A stretch of DNA of 64,000 nucleotides from Pseudomonadota bacterium (GTDB taxonomy: Bacteria > Bdellovibrionota > FAC87 > UBA2466), in assembly GCA_043718025.1 (NCBI GenBank), contig JAYSWN010000001.1, forward strand, positions 22,253 through 86,252, written 5' to 3'. The translations under genes and the position numbers were made by a program. This document shows, one piece after another, positions 9,024-16,849 of this stretch. The notes below the pieces were generated by a model. The model ran no database searches. It was not told where the DNA came from and worked only from the letters and a program-made list of their open reading frames with translations. Numbering within the stretch: the stretch's first letter is position 1; every line of letters begins with the position of its first letter.

Positions 9024-10247
9024 ATGAGATTATTGGGAATATTTTTGGTATCGGTTTTCTTCGCTTCAGCCGCTCAGGCGGACCGGCCGCAGGTTCCGCA
9101 TTTGGAAATGGAATTAGATTCGTCGACTTACCAGTCTCTTCTTGCCTCGCGCAATGGCGGCGCTCGTAGTGACAAGGTGCAGGCCTCGTTGGACATGGGA
9201 AAACGATTTCTAGCCTGGCTAGCGTTCATCAACGACAAACGCCCCCAGGGTAAAAAAATCTCACTCACTTCACCGGCGACGACCGTGGCCTATCCAATCG
9301 ATAAACCGAACAAGAGCAATCCAGATTTAATCAACGCCAGGTACGAAGAGCTTAAGAGTGCGGTCCCCGCGTGGATGCAGGAGATCGCTTTTGGAAACGG
9401 AGAGTTCATTTCTGATCTTCCTGAATCCGATGAAGTCTTTATCAAGTACGGTTTTAGTTTGGACCGCAACTATCAATCCGCGGCCCGTTGGACTTTACAA
9501 GAGCCCATGCTTTGGGCCTATTCCGGTCGCAAGAGTGGCGACGTACGTGGGTACTACCAACTGAATAAGATTTCTGACCTCGAGGCTAAATTTCAAGGCT
9601 GGTCGAGTTTGAGTGTTGGCGAAAAGAGCGCAATCTTGACGGCGATGAACCAGCTCTGCTGGATTTCGCAAACCGAGTCTCGCTGTAAGTCTACGCTTCT
9701 CGCCGCTAAAGAAGACGGCGAAAAACTATCGACCTTACATGCCGAGTGGATGCCGGCGGGCAAGAAGAAATGGGATTCATACTTTGAAATGAGTGGCCTT
9801 CGCAGTGACGTGAAGTGGTCGGCTGCCAATTTGATGCAGCTGCCATTTAAGACTCCGCAATCGGCGGCGATTAAGAGTTTTTTGGTCGATAATATCGAAG
9901 ACGAATGGAAGTGGGCGGGCTGGAGCTTGAAGCTAGATTTTGACTCCAGTGCGGCGGCCTACGTTCGCTTTGAACCGGGAGCCACCCCAAACGTAAATGG
10001 CCTGGGCGGAAACCGCATCACCATGGACGCCAATGCTCCGCTCACCGAATACGGTGTGCAGTGGACAATTCGGCACGAATTTGGCCACGTGCTTGGTTTT
10101 CCTGATTGCTACGTCGAGTTCTACGATAGTGATGAAAAGGCGATGATCAACTATCAGCTAGATACCACTAACTTGATGTGTAGCCGCCGCGGAAAGCTGC
10201 AGGAAAAACATTTGGTTGCTTTAAAGGCTGCGTACTTCGAGAACTGA
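9024..10247 (+). CDS. Secreted protein with C-terminal metzincin-type zinc metallopeptidase motif
   Basis: Signal peptide (MRLLGIFLVSVFFASAAQA); HEFGHVLGFPD motif followed by Met-turn-like NLMC; AGGGGG SD. Confidence 0.7.
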   Translation: MRLLGIFLVSVFFASAAQADRPQVPHLEMELDSSTYQSLLASRNGGARSDKVQASLDMGKRFLAWLAFINDKRPQGKKISLTSPATTVAYPIDKPNKSNPDLINARYEELKSAVPAWMQEIAFGNGEFISDLPESDEVFIKYGFSLDRNYQSAARWTLQEPMLWAYSGRKSGDVRGYYQLNKISDLEAKFQGWSSLSVGEKSAILTAMNQLCWISQTESRCKSTLLAAKEDGEKLSTLHAEWMPAGKKKWDSYFEMSGLRSDVKWSAANLMQLPFKTPQSAAIKSFLVDNIEDEWKWAGWSLKLDFDSSAAAYVRFEPGATPNVNGLGGNRITMDANAPLTEYGVQWTIRHEFGHVLGFPDCYVEFYDSDEKAMINYQLDTTNLMCSRRGKLQEKHLVALKAAYFEN

Positions 10248-10278
10248 AAACAGTTCGTCGTTAGTGTATTCGCATTAT

Positions 10279-10322
10279 GTGGGGGTAACTTTCTCTGTCC
10301 TTGTGAAGAGAGTTACCTCCAC
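10279..10322. terminator. 16-bp hairpin between convergent genes, probable terminator
   Basis: GTGGGGGTAACTTTCT / AGAGAGTTACCTCCAC inverted repeat with two G-U pairs on the + strand and a 12-nt loop. Confidence 0.6.
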
Positions 10323-10342
10323 TTCATTTCACATTGATTTTT

Positions 10343-11029
10343 TTATTTTGTCTGCAAACGAGAAATAAACCCGAGCTTCTCGCTTTGGCTTAGTCGGTAG
10401 AACGTTCGTAGGTATTCAAGGCACTCTTGCGGCGATTTTGTATTGATCACCCGTTCGCCAAAATTTTTGATGAACTGTTTGGCTTGAGCATTCGCCTCGG
10501 CGTACCGCTGTTTTTGCTCGGCGTTGAGCTGAGTAGACCACGAGAAGCGATAAAAGATCTGTTCGAAAAGGGAGTCAAATACGTGTCGCCCTTCTGAGGC
10601 CGCTTTATTTGAAACCGAAAAGAAAAGCAGAAGAAATTTATCGATTTCACCTTGCAACTCTAGCTCGAGTTGCGACACCGTATGGTCGAGATCAAATCGA
10701 TACACCAGGTAGTGAAAGTGGCTAATCTCTTCGGCTGCTACGCTTAGGGCGTGCGCTTGTTCCCCCATCCATTTTTCAGGGCTTAGCTTATCAATTTTGG
10801 AGAGGGCGTTCTTGACGGGTTCGCCAAGAAAGATTCCTAAGTCAACATTGCCCGCATCAAAACTGTCGTACTGGACGATAACGGCCCCATTCTTCTCTTT
10901 CGCCAAAGCGGGAACTTCTTTAGCTTTGGGAGAATTGGGCTCGATCAAAAAGTTTTCGGCACGGTGAGGTGACTCTAGATTGTAGAGTTTTTTGATCGCC
11001 CGATCAATTTGGCGGACCACATTTCGCAC
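10343..11029 (-). CDS. Conserved hypothetical protein with EExxH / ELELQGEIDKF motifs
   Basis: Long ORF; GTG11029 with GGAAAGG SD avoids overlap with the upstream gene; motif AEEISHF...ELELQGEIDKF. Confidence 0.7.
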   Translation of the reverse strand: MRNVVRQIDRAIKKLYNLESPHRAENFLIEPNSPKAKEVPALAKEKNGAVIVQYDSFDAGNVDLGIFLGEPVKNALSKIDKLSPEKWMGEQAHALSVAAEEISHFHYLVYRFDLDHTVSQLELELQGEIDKFLLLFFSVSNKAASEGRHVFDSLFEQIFYRFSWSTQLNAEQKQRYAEANAQAKQFIKNFGERVINTKSPQECLEYLRTFYRLSQSEKLGFISRLQTK

Positions 11030-11054
11030 GGGGTAGCCTTTCCGTTGTTTAGGG

Positions 11055-11660
11055 TCAGTGCCGGGTTTTGGTTTCAATTTTTACCGGTGAAGCAATTCCC
11101 GCCTTGGCCAGCCGTGCCTTGAGGTTTTCGTTTCCGGTGTGCAGCCAACGTTCATAGAGACGAAGCAGGTCGGTGTTGGTCTGCATTCCATTTTTTTCTG
11201 AGAGTTCGCTAATCACGTTGGCGAAAGGAACAAACTTGGTAGAGAGTTCGGTGAAGAGGTTTTGCGCCGGTTCGGTAACTTGGCTCAAAGCCAAAGTGCC
11301 GTAGGCCGATCCACCCATTCCAAAGTAGTAGTCGAGATCAACCATTTTGGTCTTTAAACTGTCGGGAAAAAGGCCGGTCACCAATAGGCAGATGTCGCCC
11401 AAACGCTTCAGAGCTCCCTGTTTTTGATCTCGGCTGCCTTGAAGGTAGGAAAAATAAAGATCAGCGAGGCAGTTGTTGGAAAGGGTTCCCCCTTCTCCGA
11501 CCACAAAAAACTTGTCGGAGCGTAGGTAGCCCACCAAAAGTTCGGTTAGGTAGGCCACTGAGTTTTTGTCAGCGTCCACCTGATTGCGTTTTAAGGAATC
11601 AACGAGCTCCGAGCCAAAAAACTCTCGAACCCCTTCCATCGAAGTGTGTATGGCTCCCAT
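11055..11660 (-). CDS. Conserved hypothetical alpha-helical protein
   Basis: GGAGG SD; motifs YL..LL, LKRLGDICLLVTGLFPDSL, VDLDYYFGMGGSAY recalled from a widespread uncharacterised family. Confidence 0.75.
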   Translation of the reverse strand: MGAIHTSMEGVREFFGSELVDSLKRNQVDADKNSVAYLTELLVGYLRSDKFFVVGEGGTLSNNCLADLYFSYLQGSRDQKQGALKRLGDICLLVTGLFPDSLKTKMVDLDYYFGMGGSAYGTLALSQVTEPAQNLFTELSTKFVPFANVISELSEKNGMQTNTDLLRLYERWLHTGNENLKARLAKAGIASPVKIETKTRH

Positions 11661-11845
11661 AGGGACCTCCGTAAGAACGCGTTCTCTTTAAGGAGTTCTC
11701 AAGTGTTGCCGTACGATGAAGTGTGCTAATGGTTCAGCCGGTTAACTGCGGCTACGCGTACCTAGCTTGATCTTAGCAATCCGGGAGAGAGGCAGATATA
11801 ACCCTTTTAAGGGAGGGGGCAGTCCTTCATAACTAAAGTAATCAA

Positions 11846-12694
11846 ATGAGTTCAACCACTTACCAAAAGCTTGCGATTCTCTCCTTACTCTCGTTAGTTG
11901 GCATTTTTGGCCCGAGTTTTGGCGACGGACTTAGCGCCCAGAGCCGGGTTGCCTCATTGAGTCCGCAAGTGAGCGACCTTATTATCGAGTCGGGTTTGGC
12001 ATCGTTATTGGTGGCTTCGGTAAAACGCTATTCGGGTCAGGCCCACCCCACGATTGAATTGGGCACTTTTCTTCAGCCCAATGCCGAGCGGCTTTTTTTA
12101 CTGAACCCCGATTGGATTGTTACCGACGACGGAGTTCCCCCCACCGCAGCGAAAGCGCGTTGGGAGGCCGCGGGAATTAAGACGCTTACTCTGCGGTTGA
12201 GAGAAGTTGAGGATCTCGCTGAGAGTGCCATTACGTTACACCGCGAAATTCTTGGCCAACGGGCTAAACCAGAAATTGCGGTGCGAGCGGTGCGCTGTCT
12301 CCAGGAGATAAAGGGGCAAAATCCGATTAAAGAAGTGGGGCTCCTTTTTGTTTCGCTCTCCCCACCGCTGCTAGCCGCGAAGGGTTCGTTTCTCTCCAGC
12401 CTATTCGAGTACGCCGGGTACCAGAATTTAGCCGATCCGAGCTGGGGAATTGCCTATCCGATGGTGACTGAGGAGTGGCTTATCGCCCGCACGCCCAAAA
12501 TAGTTTTCTATCTGGACCACGGTTTTGGTGAGGCAGCGACAGCTGCGGCAAAAATTAAAAAATGGTGGCCAGTATCTACGCCCCAAGTTTTTGCTCTGCC
12601 ATCGGAGCCATTTGCTAGGGCCAGCTTTGCCACTCTAAAAAAATGGGAGGCCTTTAAACGGACCACTCCAAAGGAGTGCCATGAGGTTTTCTAA
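11846..12694 (+). CDS. ABC transporter substrate-binding protein (BtuF/helical-backbone type; cobalamin, haem or siderophore)
   Basis: N-terminal hydrophobic segment; RVASLSP, QPNAERL..LNPDWI, YP.VTEEWL motifs; adjacent to permease and ATPase. Confidence 0.8.
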   Translation: MSSTTYQKLAILSLLSLVGIFGPSFGDGLSAQSRVASLSPQVSDLIIESGLASLLVASVKRYSGQAHPTIELGTFLQPNAERLFLLNPDWIVTDDGVPPTAAKARWEAAGIKTLTLRLREVEDLAESAITLHREILGQRAKPEIAVRAVRCLQEIKGQNPIKEVGLLFVSLSPPLLAAKGSFLSSLFEYAGYQNLADPSWGIAYPMVTEEWLIARTPKIVFYLDHGFGEAATAAAKIKKWWPVSTPQVFALPSEPFARASFATLKKWEAFKRTTPKECHEVF

Positions 12695-13652
12695 TCCCGC
12701 CATTAAGTTCTTGGCCATAGCCGGAGCCAGTGCTTTGGTGCTGCTAGCCGCGCTGGTTTTCGGCGCGGAACCCTTGCCGCTCCGAGATCTATTTTTATCC
12801 CACACTTTGGCCCAACGAATTGTGTTTGAGTTTCGACTGCCTCGCGCCGTGATCTGCTTTGGGGTCGGGGCAGCCCTGTCCCTGATTGGGGTGGTCTACC
12901 AAATTTTGTTCCGTAACTCACTGGCCGAGCCCTACGTGTTGGGCACCGCAAGTGTGGTGACTTTGGGTGCCGCGGTTGGCGAGGTCTTCTTTTTAAACAC
13001 GCTTGCCCCGCCGCTAATCGGTTTACTCGGTGGTTTGGTGCTGGTGTTCTTGTTGATTTGGATTTCAATGCGAAGCACTTCTCCAGAACGGGTTCTGCTT
13101 TTTGGCATGGGAGTTAATTTTGTTTTTTCCGCCCTGCTCTTTTTAATGCTCTCGCTCAAACAGCAGAGCCTCGGTGGCGGTAGCCTGCGCTGGCTATTTG
13201 GACAGGTGGCTTGGCCAACGCTGATTGAATCGTCGCAGTTAATGCTGGCCGTGACGGTAGCGGCGATATTGCTTCTCCGTTTTTCTCCCCACCTTGATGC
13301 GTTGAGTTTCGGTGATCTGGTGGCCCGGTCGCTCGGCGTGAATCCGTTAAAAACCAGGATAACCCTACTGACGCTTTCGTCGGTGCTGCTAGCTTGGCTG
13401 GTGTCGAAGATGGGCACGATTGGTTTCGTGGGGTTAGTGGTTCCTAATTTTGTTCGTTTGTTATTTCGCCCTTCCGGTTCCCGGTACCTACTAATCATTT
13501 CATTTCTAGTCGGCGGTAATTTTCTGGTGTTTGCCGATATGGTGTCGCGCACCTTACACCCCCCGCTGGAGTTTCCGATTGGCATCATTACTACAATTTT
13601 AGGTGGCCCGATCTTTCTCTATTTACTGTGGCAGAGGCAAGCCCGTGGCTGA
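12681..13652 (+). CDS. FecCD/BtuC-family ABC permease
   Basis: FRLPR, FRNSLAEPYVLG, ARSLGV, IGFVGLVVP, PIGIIT..LGGPIFL. Confidence 0.92.
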   Translation: MRFSNPAIKFLAIAGASALVLLAALVFGAEPLPLRDLFLSHTLAQRIVFEFRLPRAVICFGVGAALSLIGVVYQILFRNSLAEPYVLGTASVVTLGAAVGEVFFLNTLAPPLIGLLGGLVLVFLLIWISMRSTSPERVLLFGMGVNFVFSALLFLMLSLKQQSLGGGSLRWLFGQVAWPTLIESSQLMLAVTVAAILLLRFSPHLDALSFGDLVARSLGVNPLKTRITLLTLSSVLLAWLVSKMGTIGFVGLVVPNFVRLLFRPSGSRYLLIISFLVGGNFLVFADMVSRTLHPPLEFPIGIITTILGGPIFLYLLWQRQARG

Positions 13653-14385
13653 TCGTGAACTGAAAGTATCGGCACTCACTTTCTCGGCGGGCCATCGAAA
13701 GTGGGGTCCGTGGAATTTTACCCTTAGTGGTCGCGCCATTGTCGGGTTCATTGGGCCCAATGGCGCCGGTAAAAGCACTTTTTTAAAAACCATTTTGGGC
13801 GAGATAAAGGCGGATTCGGGTAGGGTTCAACTCGGGGGAGTCGAGCTCGCTTCGTTACCGTACTCCCAACGGCGCGGAATGTTGGCCATGATTCCGCAAG
13901 AGTCCCCTTATCCGGCTGACTGGACGGTGACGGCGGCCGTCTCGCTGGCTTTTCTTACTTTTGGCATGGGCTACGGAAAAATTACCCCGGCGCAAACAGA
14001 GTGCCGCGATAGTGCGCTTGATCAGTTTGGTTTAAAGCACCTCGGGCAAAATCGTTTGGGTGATCTGAGCAGTGGGCAGCGGCAGCGAGTTTTTTTATGC
14101 CGGGCTTCATTGCAACGGGCCCGCTTACTGCTGCTCGACGAACCCACCAACCATTTAGATCCGCCTACGCGTGAGTTTTTTTGGAATTCATTGATCGAGT
14201 TGAGGGGCCAGGAGAACGGTCCGCTGGTCTTATTGGCCACCCACGACTTGGTGTTTTTGCGATCGCACGCCGATTTTATCGTGGCCGTTTCAGCGCAAGG
14301 GATGGTGGAATACCACGGTCCCTCGTCCGGCTTTTGGAAGCCCGAACAGATAAAAAAAATATTTGGGCGCGATTTAGTTATTTAG
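13645..14385 (+). CDS. ABC transporter ATP-binding protein (BtuD/FecE-like)
   Basis: Walker A GPNGAGKST, signature LSSGQRQR, Walker B LLLLDEP, THD switch; GTG13645 with GAGG SD. Confidence 0.92.
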   Translation: MADRELKVSALTFSAGHRKWGPWNFTLSGRAIVGFIGPNGAGKSTFLKTILGEIKADSGRVQLGGVELASLPYSQRRGMLAMIPQESPYPADWTVTAAVSLAFLTFGMGYGKITPAQTECRDSALDQFGLKHLGQNRLGDLSSGQRQRVFLCRASLQRARLLLLDEPTNHLDPPTREFFWNSLIELRGQENGPLVLLATHDLVFLRSHADFIVAVSAQGMVEYHGPSSGFWKPEQIKKIFGRDLVI

Positions 14386-14824
14386 GGGGAAGAATGGTGA
14401 CTTCGGTTTCGCAAAGATCGCATTTGGTAGTGAGCGCCTGATTGGTGGCGTCGGTCACCCGAATGCGCAACTTCGTCTTCACCGAGGTGGTAATGCTGAG
14501 CACGCTCATATTAATGAGCTTGTCGTCGCCATCGATTACGTGGAAGACGTACGGAGGCGTGCCCCCCGAGGCCATGAGTTCCAGGCTACGGCCGCTGAGC
14601 GTCCAGCACTGTCCCCAAGATTTACAGCCGATTGCCAATCTGTCGGTTGGGGCGGTACCACCGCTGCCACCGGTACTGGTCTGCAGGTCTTTGTTCTTAT
14701 CTAGTGCCTTCTGATAGGCCCCGCAGCTACCAATGCCAGCAATACAAACATCTTGCCCGCATGAGCTTAAGGTCAGCACGCCAACTGAAACAGCCAAGAC
14801 TAAGAGAATACGGGAGAAATTCAT
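14378..14824 (-). CDS. Cys-rich lipoprotein of unknown function
   Basis: Lipobox LSSC; six further Cys; Gly/Thr linker followed by Ig-like ASGGTPPYVF segment. Confidence 0.75.
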   Translation of the reverse strand: MNFSRILLVLAVSVGVLTLSSCGQDVCIAGIGSCGAYQKALDKNKDLQTSTGGSGGTAPTDRLAIGCKSWGQCWTLSGRSLELMASGGTPPYVFHVIDGDDKLINMSVLSITTSVKTKLRIRVTDATNQALTTKCDLCETEVTILPPK

Positions 14825-14844
14825 AAAACCTCAGGGTGTTGGGT

Positions 14845-14861
14845 TGCAAACAGAGAGCCAA
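14845..14861 (-). promoter_or_regulatory. Candidate sigma54 (-24/-12) promoter
   Basis: Minus strand TTGGCTCTCTGTTTGCA, GG-N10-GC, about 20 bp upstream of the lipoprotein ATG. Confidence 0.55.
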
Positions 14862-15108
14862 GCACGGTGTTGGGCGGCAATTTAGGTGTTTTGCGATGAA
14901 TGATCAAGAGACGCCACCACTTTTGGGCTGTGACGCTAATCGCTGCAATCTCAGCCACGGTTTTTTGGAGAACGACGAAACTGTTCCCACTCCCTTAATA
15001 GTAAGACTAGGTTCCCCGTTTCTCCTACATCAAAACTGGGTTGACTCTCATCGCTGTGCATTAGGGTTTAGCGGAGGGCGTAATTTTTTTTTGGGGGGAA
15101 GCAATGAG

Positions 15109-16539
15109 TTACGGACTACGCGTGATGGTAAGTTGATGCGGGCGGTCTTCTAAGTTTTGGGCCGGATTGTTTTTTGCGGTGCGGCTTTTCACCGGTAGAT
15201 CTGTGTTTCGTAATTCGCCGTACATTTCATCGGTCATGCCGTTTAAGTCTACGGCGTTAACGGTGCCCGGTTTCAATTTGTAGCTGCGGATGCGATCGCC
15301 ACTGTCGGCCACGACCCCCCCGCTGCGGGCGGCCACTTCGGTCATGCCCACTGCCGCAGATTCCAACGAGCGGTTATAGGACGACAGCTGTTGCGCGTTG
15401 GTGCGTCGCACTTTCCTTTTGTTGCGTCCGCCCGACTCAAACTCCACCAGCTCGTTCGATTTTTGGTCTTCAGATAAATTGAACCAGCTCGGGCGTTCTA
15501 AAGAGTTGATGTCGACGCCGGCCTGATCAATCGAATCGATGGAAAGGCGCGCGGCCACTTTGTCGTACGTTTCGGAATCAATATTTCCCGCCACTACGTT
15601 GCCGCCTTGAAGTTGCGCATTCACCATTTTTACTGAGGCAGAACGTAAGCGCATGCAGGCCTGTAGCCGTTCGTCTAAAAGGGCGCCCTTGGTTTCGGGC
15701 TCAAGCAGCGCCTGACGTTCGCGCCGCTCTTCGATACGGGTTTGATCCACGTCGCGACCGCTGCGCACCGCGCGCACGTAAGATTGGCAGTCGGGCATGT
15801 CTTCACCTAACGCAAACTCTACCCCGCGCGACATGGCCCGTAGCTCGCCAATGTTGGAGACCATGCGGTTGCGGTACATTTTGGTCCAACGCTGCGCCAT
15901 CATGCGCAGCGATTCCATATTGGGAAGGGTTTCGCCTTTTGGCGCATTGTCATCGTAAGTGAGAGCAATGTTATTCACGGCGGTGCGTTCGCCATCGGCT
16001 TGCACTTTCTTTTTCACGTCATCCAAAAGCTCCCAGCGCGACAGCACTTCGGTGTTTAGCTTGCCATCTACATCGATAACCGAGCCGCCTTCTTTCGTAT
16101 CAACTTGCCAAATGGTGTATTGGTTTTTGCCCGTGCCCTGTCCCGCGTCGGAGCGTCCGCCGTTGGCGTATTTAGACCACTCTTTAAAAATCGTGGCTTC
16201 CAGAGGGGATTGGTCAGCGCCGCCGCCATGTTCGGAAACATAGGGGTCTAACCATTTGTCGCAGTAACGTCCGCCGACCCAACGTAAGCAGGTACTCCAC
16301 ACGTTGCTGTGGTAGGTGGTGGTGGACATAAACGAGTTACCGTCGTTAGCGTTAAAACTTTTTCCGCCGCCGGCGCTTTCCGGAAACGACGTTTCTTGCA
16401 TGTCGTAACGTCGGCTTAATTGCAGCAATCGTTCGGTGAGTTTTTTGCGGGCAACGTCATCGCTGTTGGCGGCAAGGGCAAGCGAAGGCAACAGCACCAT
16501 TGCACTGATCGCCCCCCGTAAAAATCTCCCTAGCGGCAT
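15109..16539 (-). CDS. Secreted hypothetical protein
   Basis: ATG16539 with AAGGGG SD; signal peptide ending ALA-A; four Cys; no family recognised. Confidence 0.75.
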   Translation of the reverse strand: MPLGRFLRGAISAMVLLPSLALAANSDDVARKKLTERLLQLSRRYDMQETSFPESAGGGKSFNANDGNSFMSTTTYHSNVWSTCLRWVGGRYCDKWLDPYVSEHGGGADQSPLEATIFKEWSKYANGGRSDAGQGTGKNQYTIWQVDTKEGGSVIDVDGKLNTEVLSRWELLDDVKKKVQADGERTAVNNIALTYDDNAPKGETLPNMESLRMMAQRWTKMYRNRMVSNIGELRAMSRGVEFALGEDMPDCQSYVRAVRSGRDVDQTRIEERRERQALLEPETKGALLDERLQACMRLRSASVKMVNAQLQGGNVVAGNIDSETYDKVAARLSIDSIDQAGVDINSLERPSWFNLSEDQKSNELVEFESGGRNKRKVRRTNAQQLSSYNRSLESAAVGMTEVAARSGGVVADSGDRIRSYKLKPGTVNAVDLNGMTDEMYGELRNTDLPVKSRTAKNNPAQNLEDRPHQLTITRSP

Positions 16540-16568
16540 TGAATTTGTTCCCCTTAAGCTGATTACAA

Positions 16569-16585
16569 AGCAACTCAAATACCAA
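16569..16585 (-). promoter_or_regulatory. Candidate sigma54 (-24/-12) promoter
   Basis: Minus strand TTGGTATTTGAGTTGCT, GG-N10-GC, 30 bp upstream of ATG16539; IHF-like site and palindrome further upstream. Confidence 0.6.
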
Positions 16586-16849
16586 GTTAAAACCACGATT
16601 TTATGGAGGAAAGTAGTGTGTGCCGGGACCGAGCTTTGGGGGCATTCTGGCGGTCTACACCGGCGCTTCTATTGATTCAAGGGGTTAGACTGTCTAGCGG
16701 ACTGACAGGGCGTCCAAATTCGTCACACCCCACTTAACTGTTTAAATCTCAAGGCGTTGTTCTCTTGCTTGTCTAAGCTGTGCGCGGTTGGTAGCGGTAG
16801 TAGTTTGGTTCAACCCTGCGCCGAGACGGTTCAGGGACTTAGGGGATTC

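Noticed and set aside
11661..11845. Cobalamin riboswitch upstream of the BtuFCD-like importer
   Set aside because: I could not find the conserved GGGAA, GCCACTG or B12-box elements; the transporter substrate stays unassigned.
14836..15153. 105-aa + strand ORF
   Set aside because: No SD or recognisable features, overlaps the neighbour's 3' end and covers a candidate promoter; probably intergenic.
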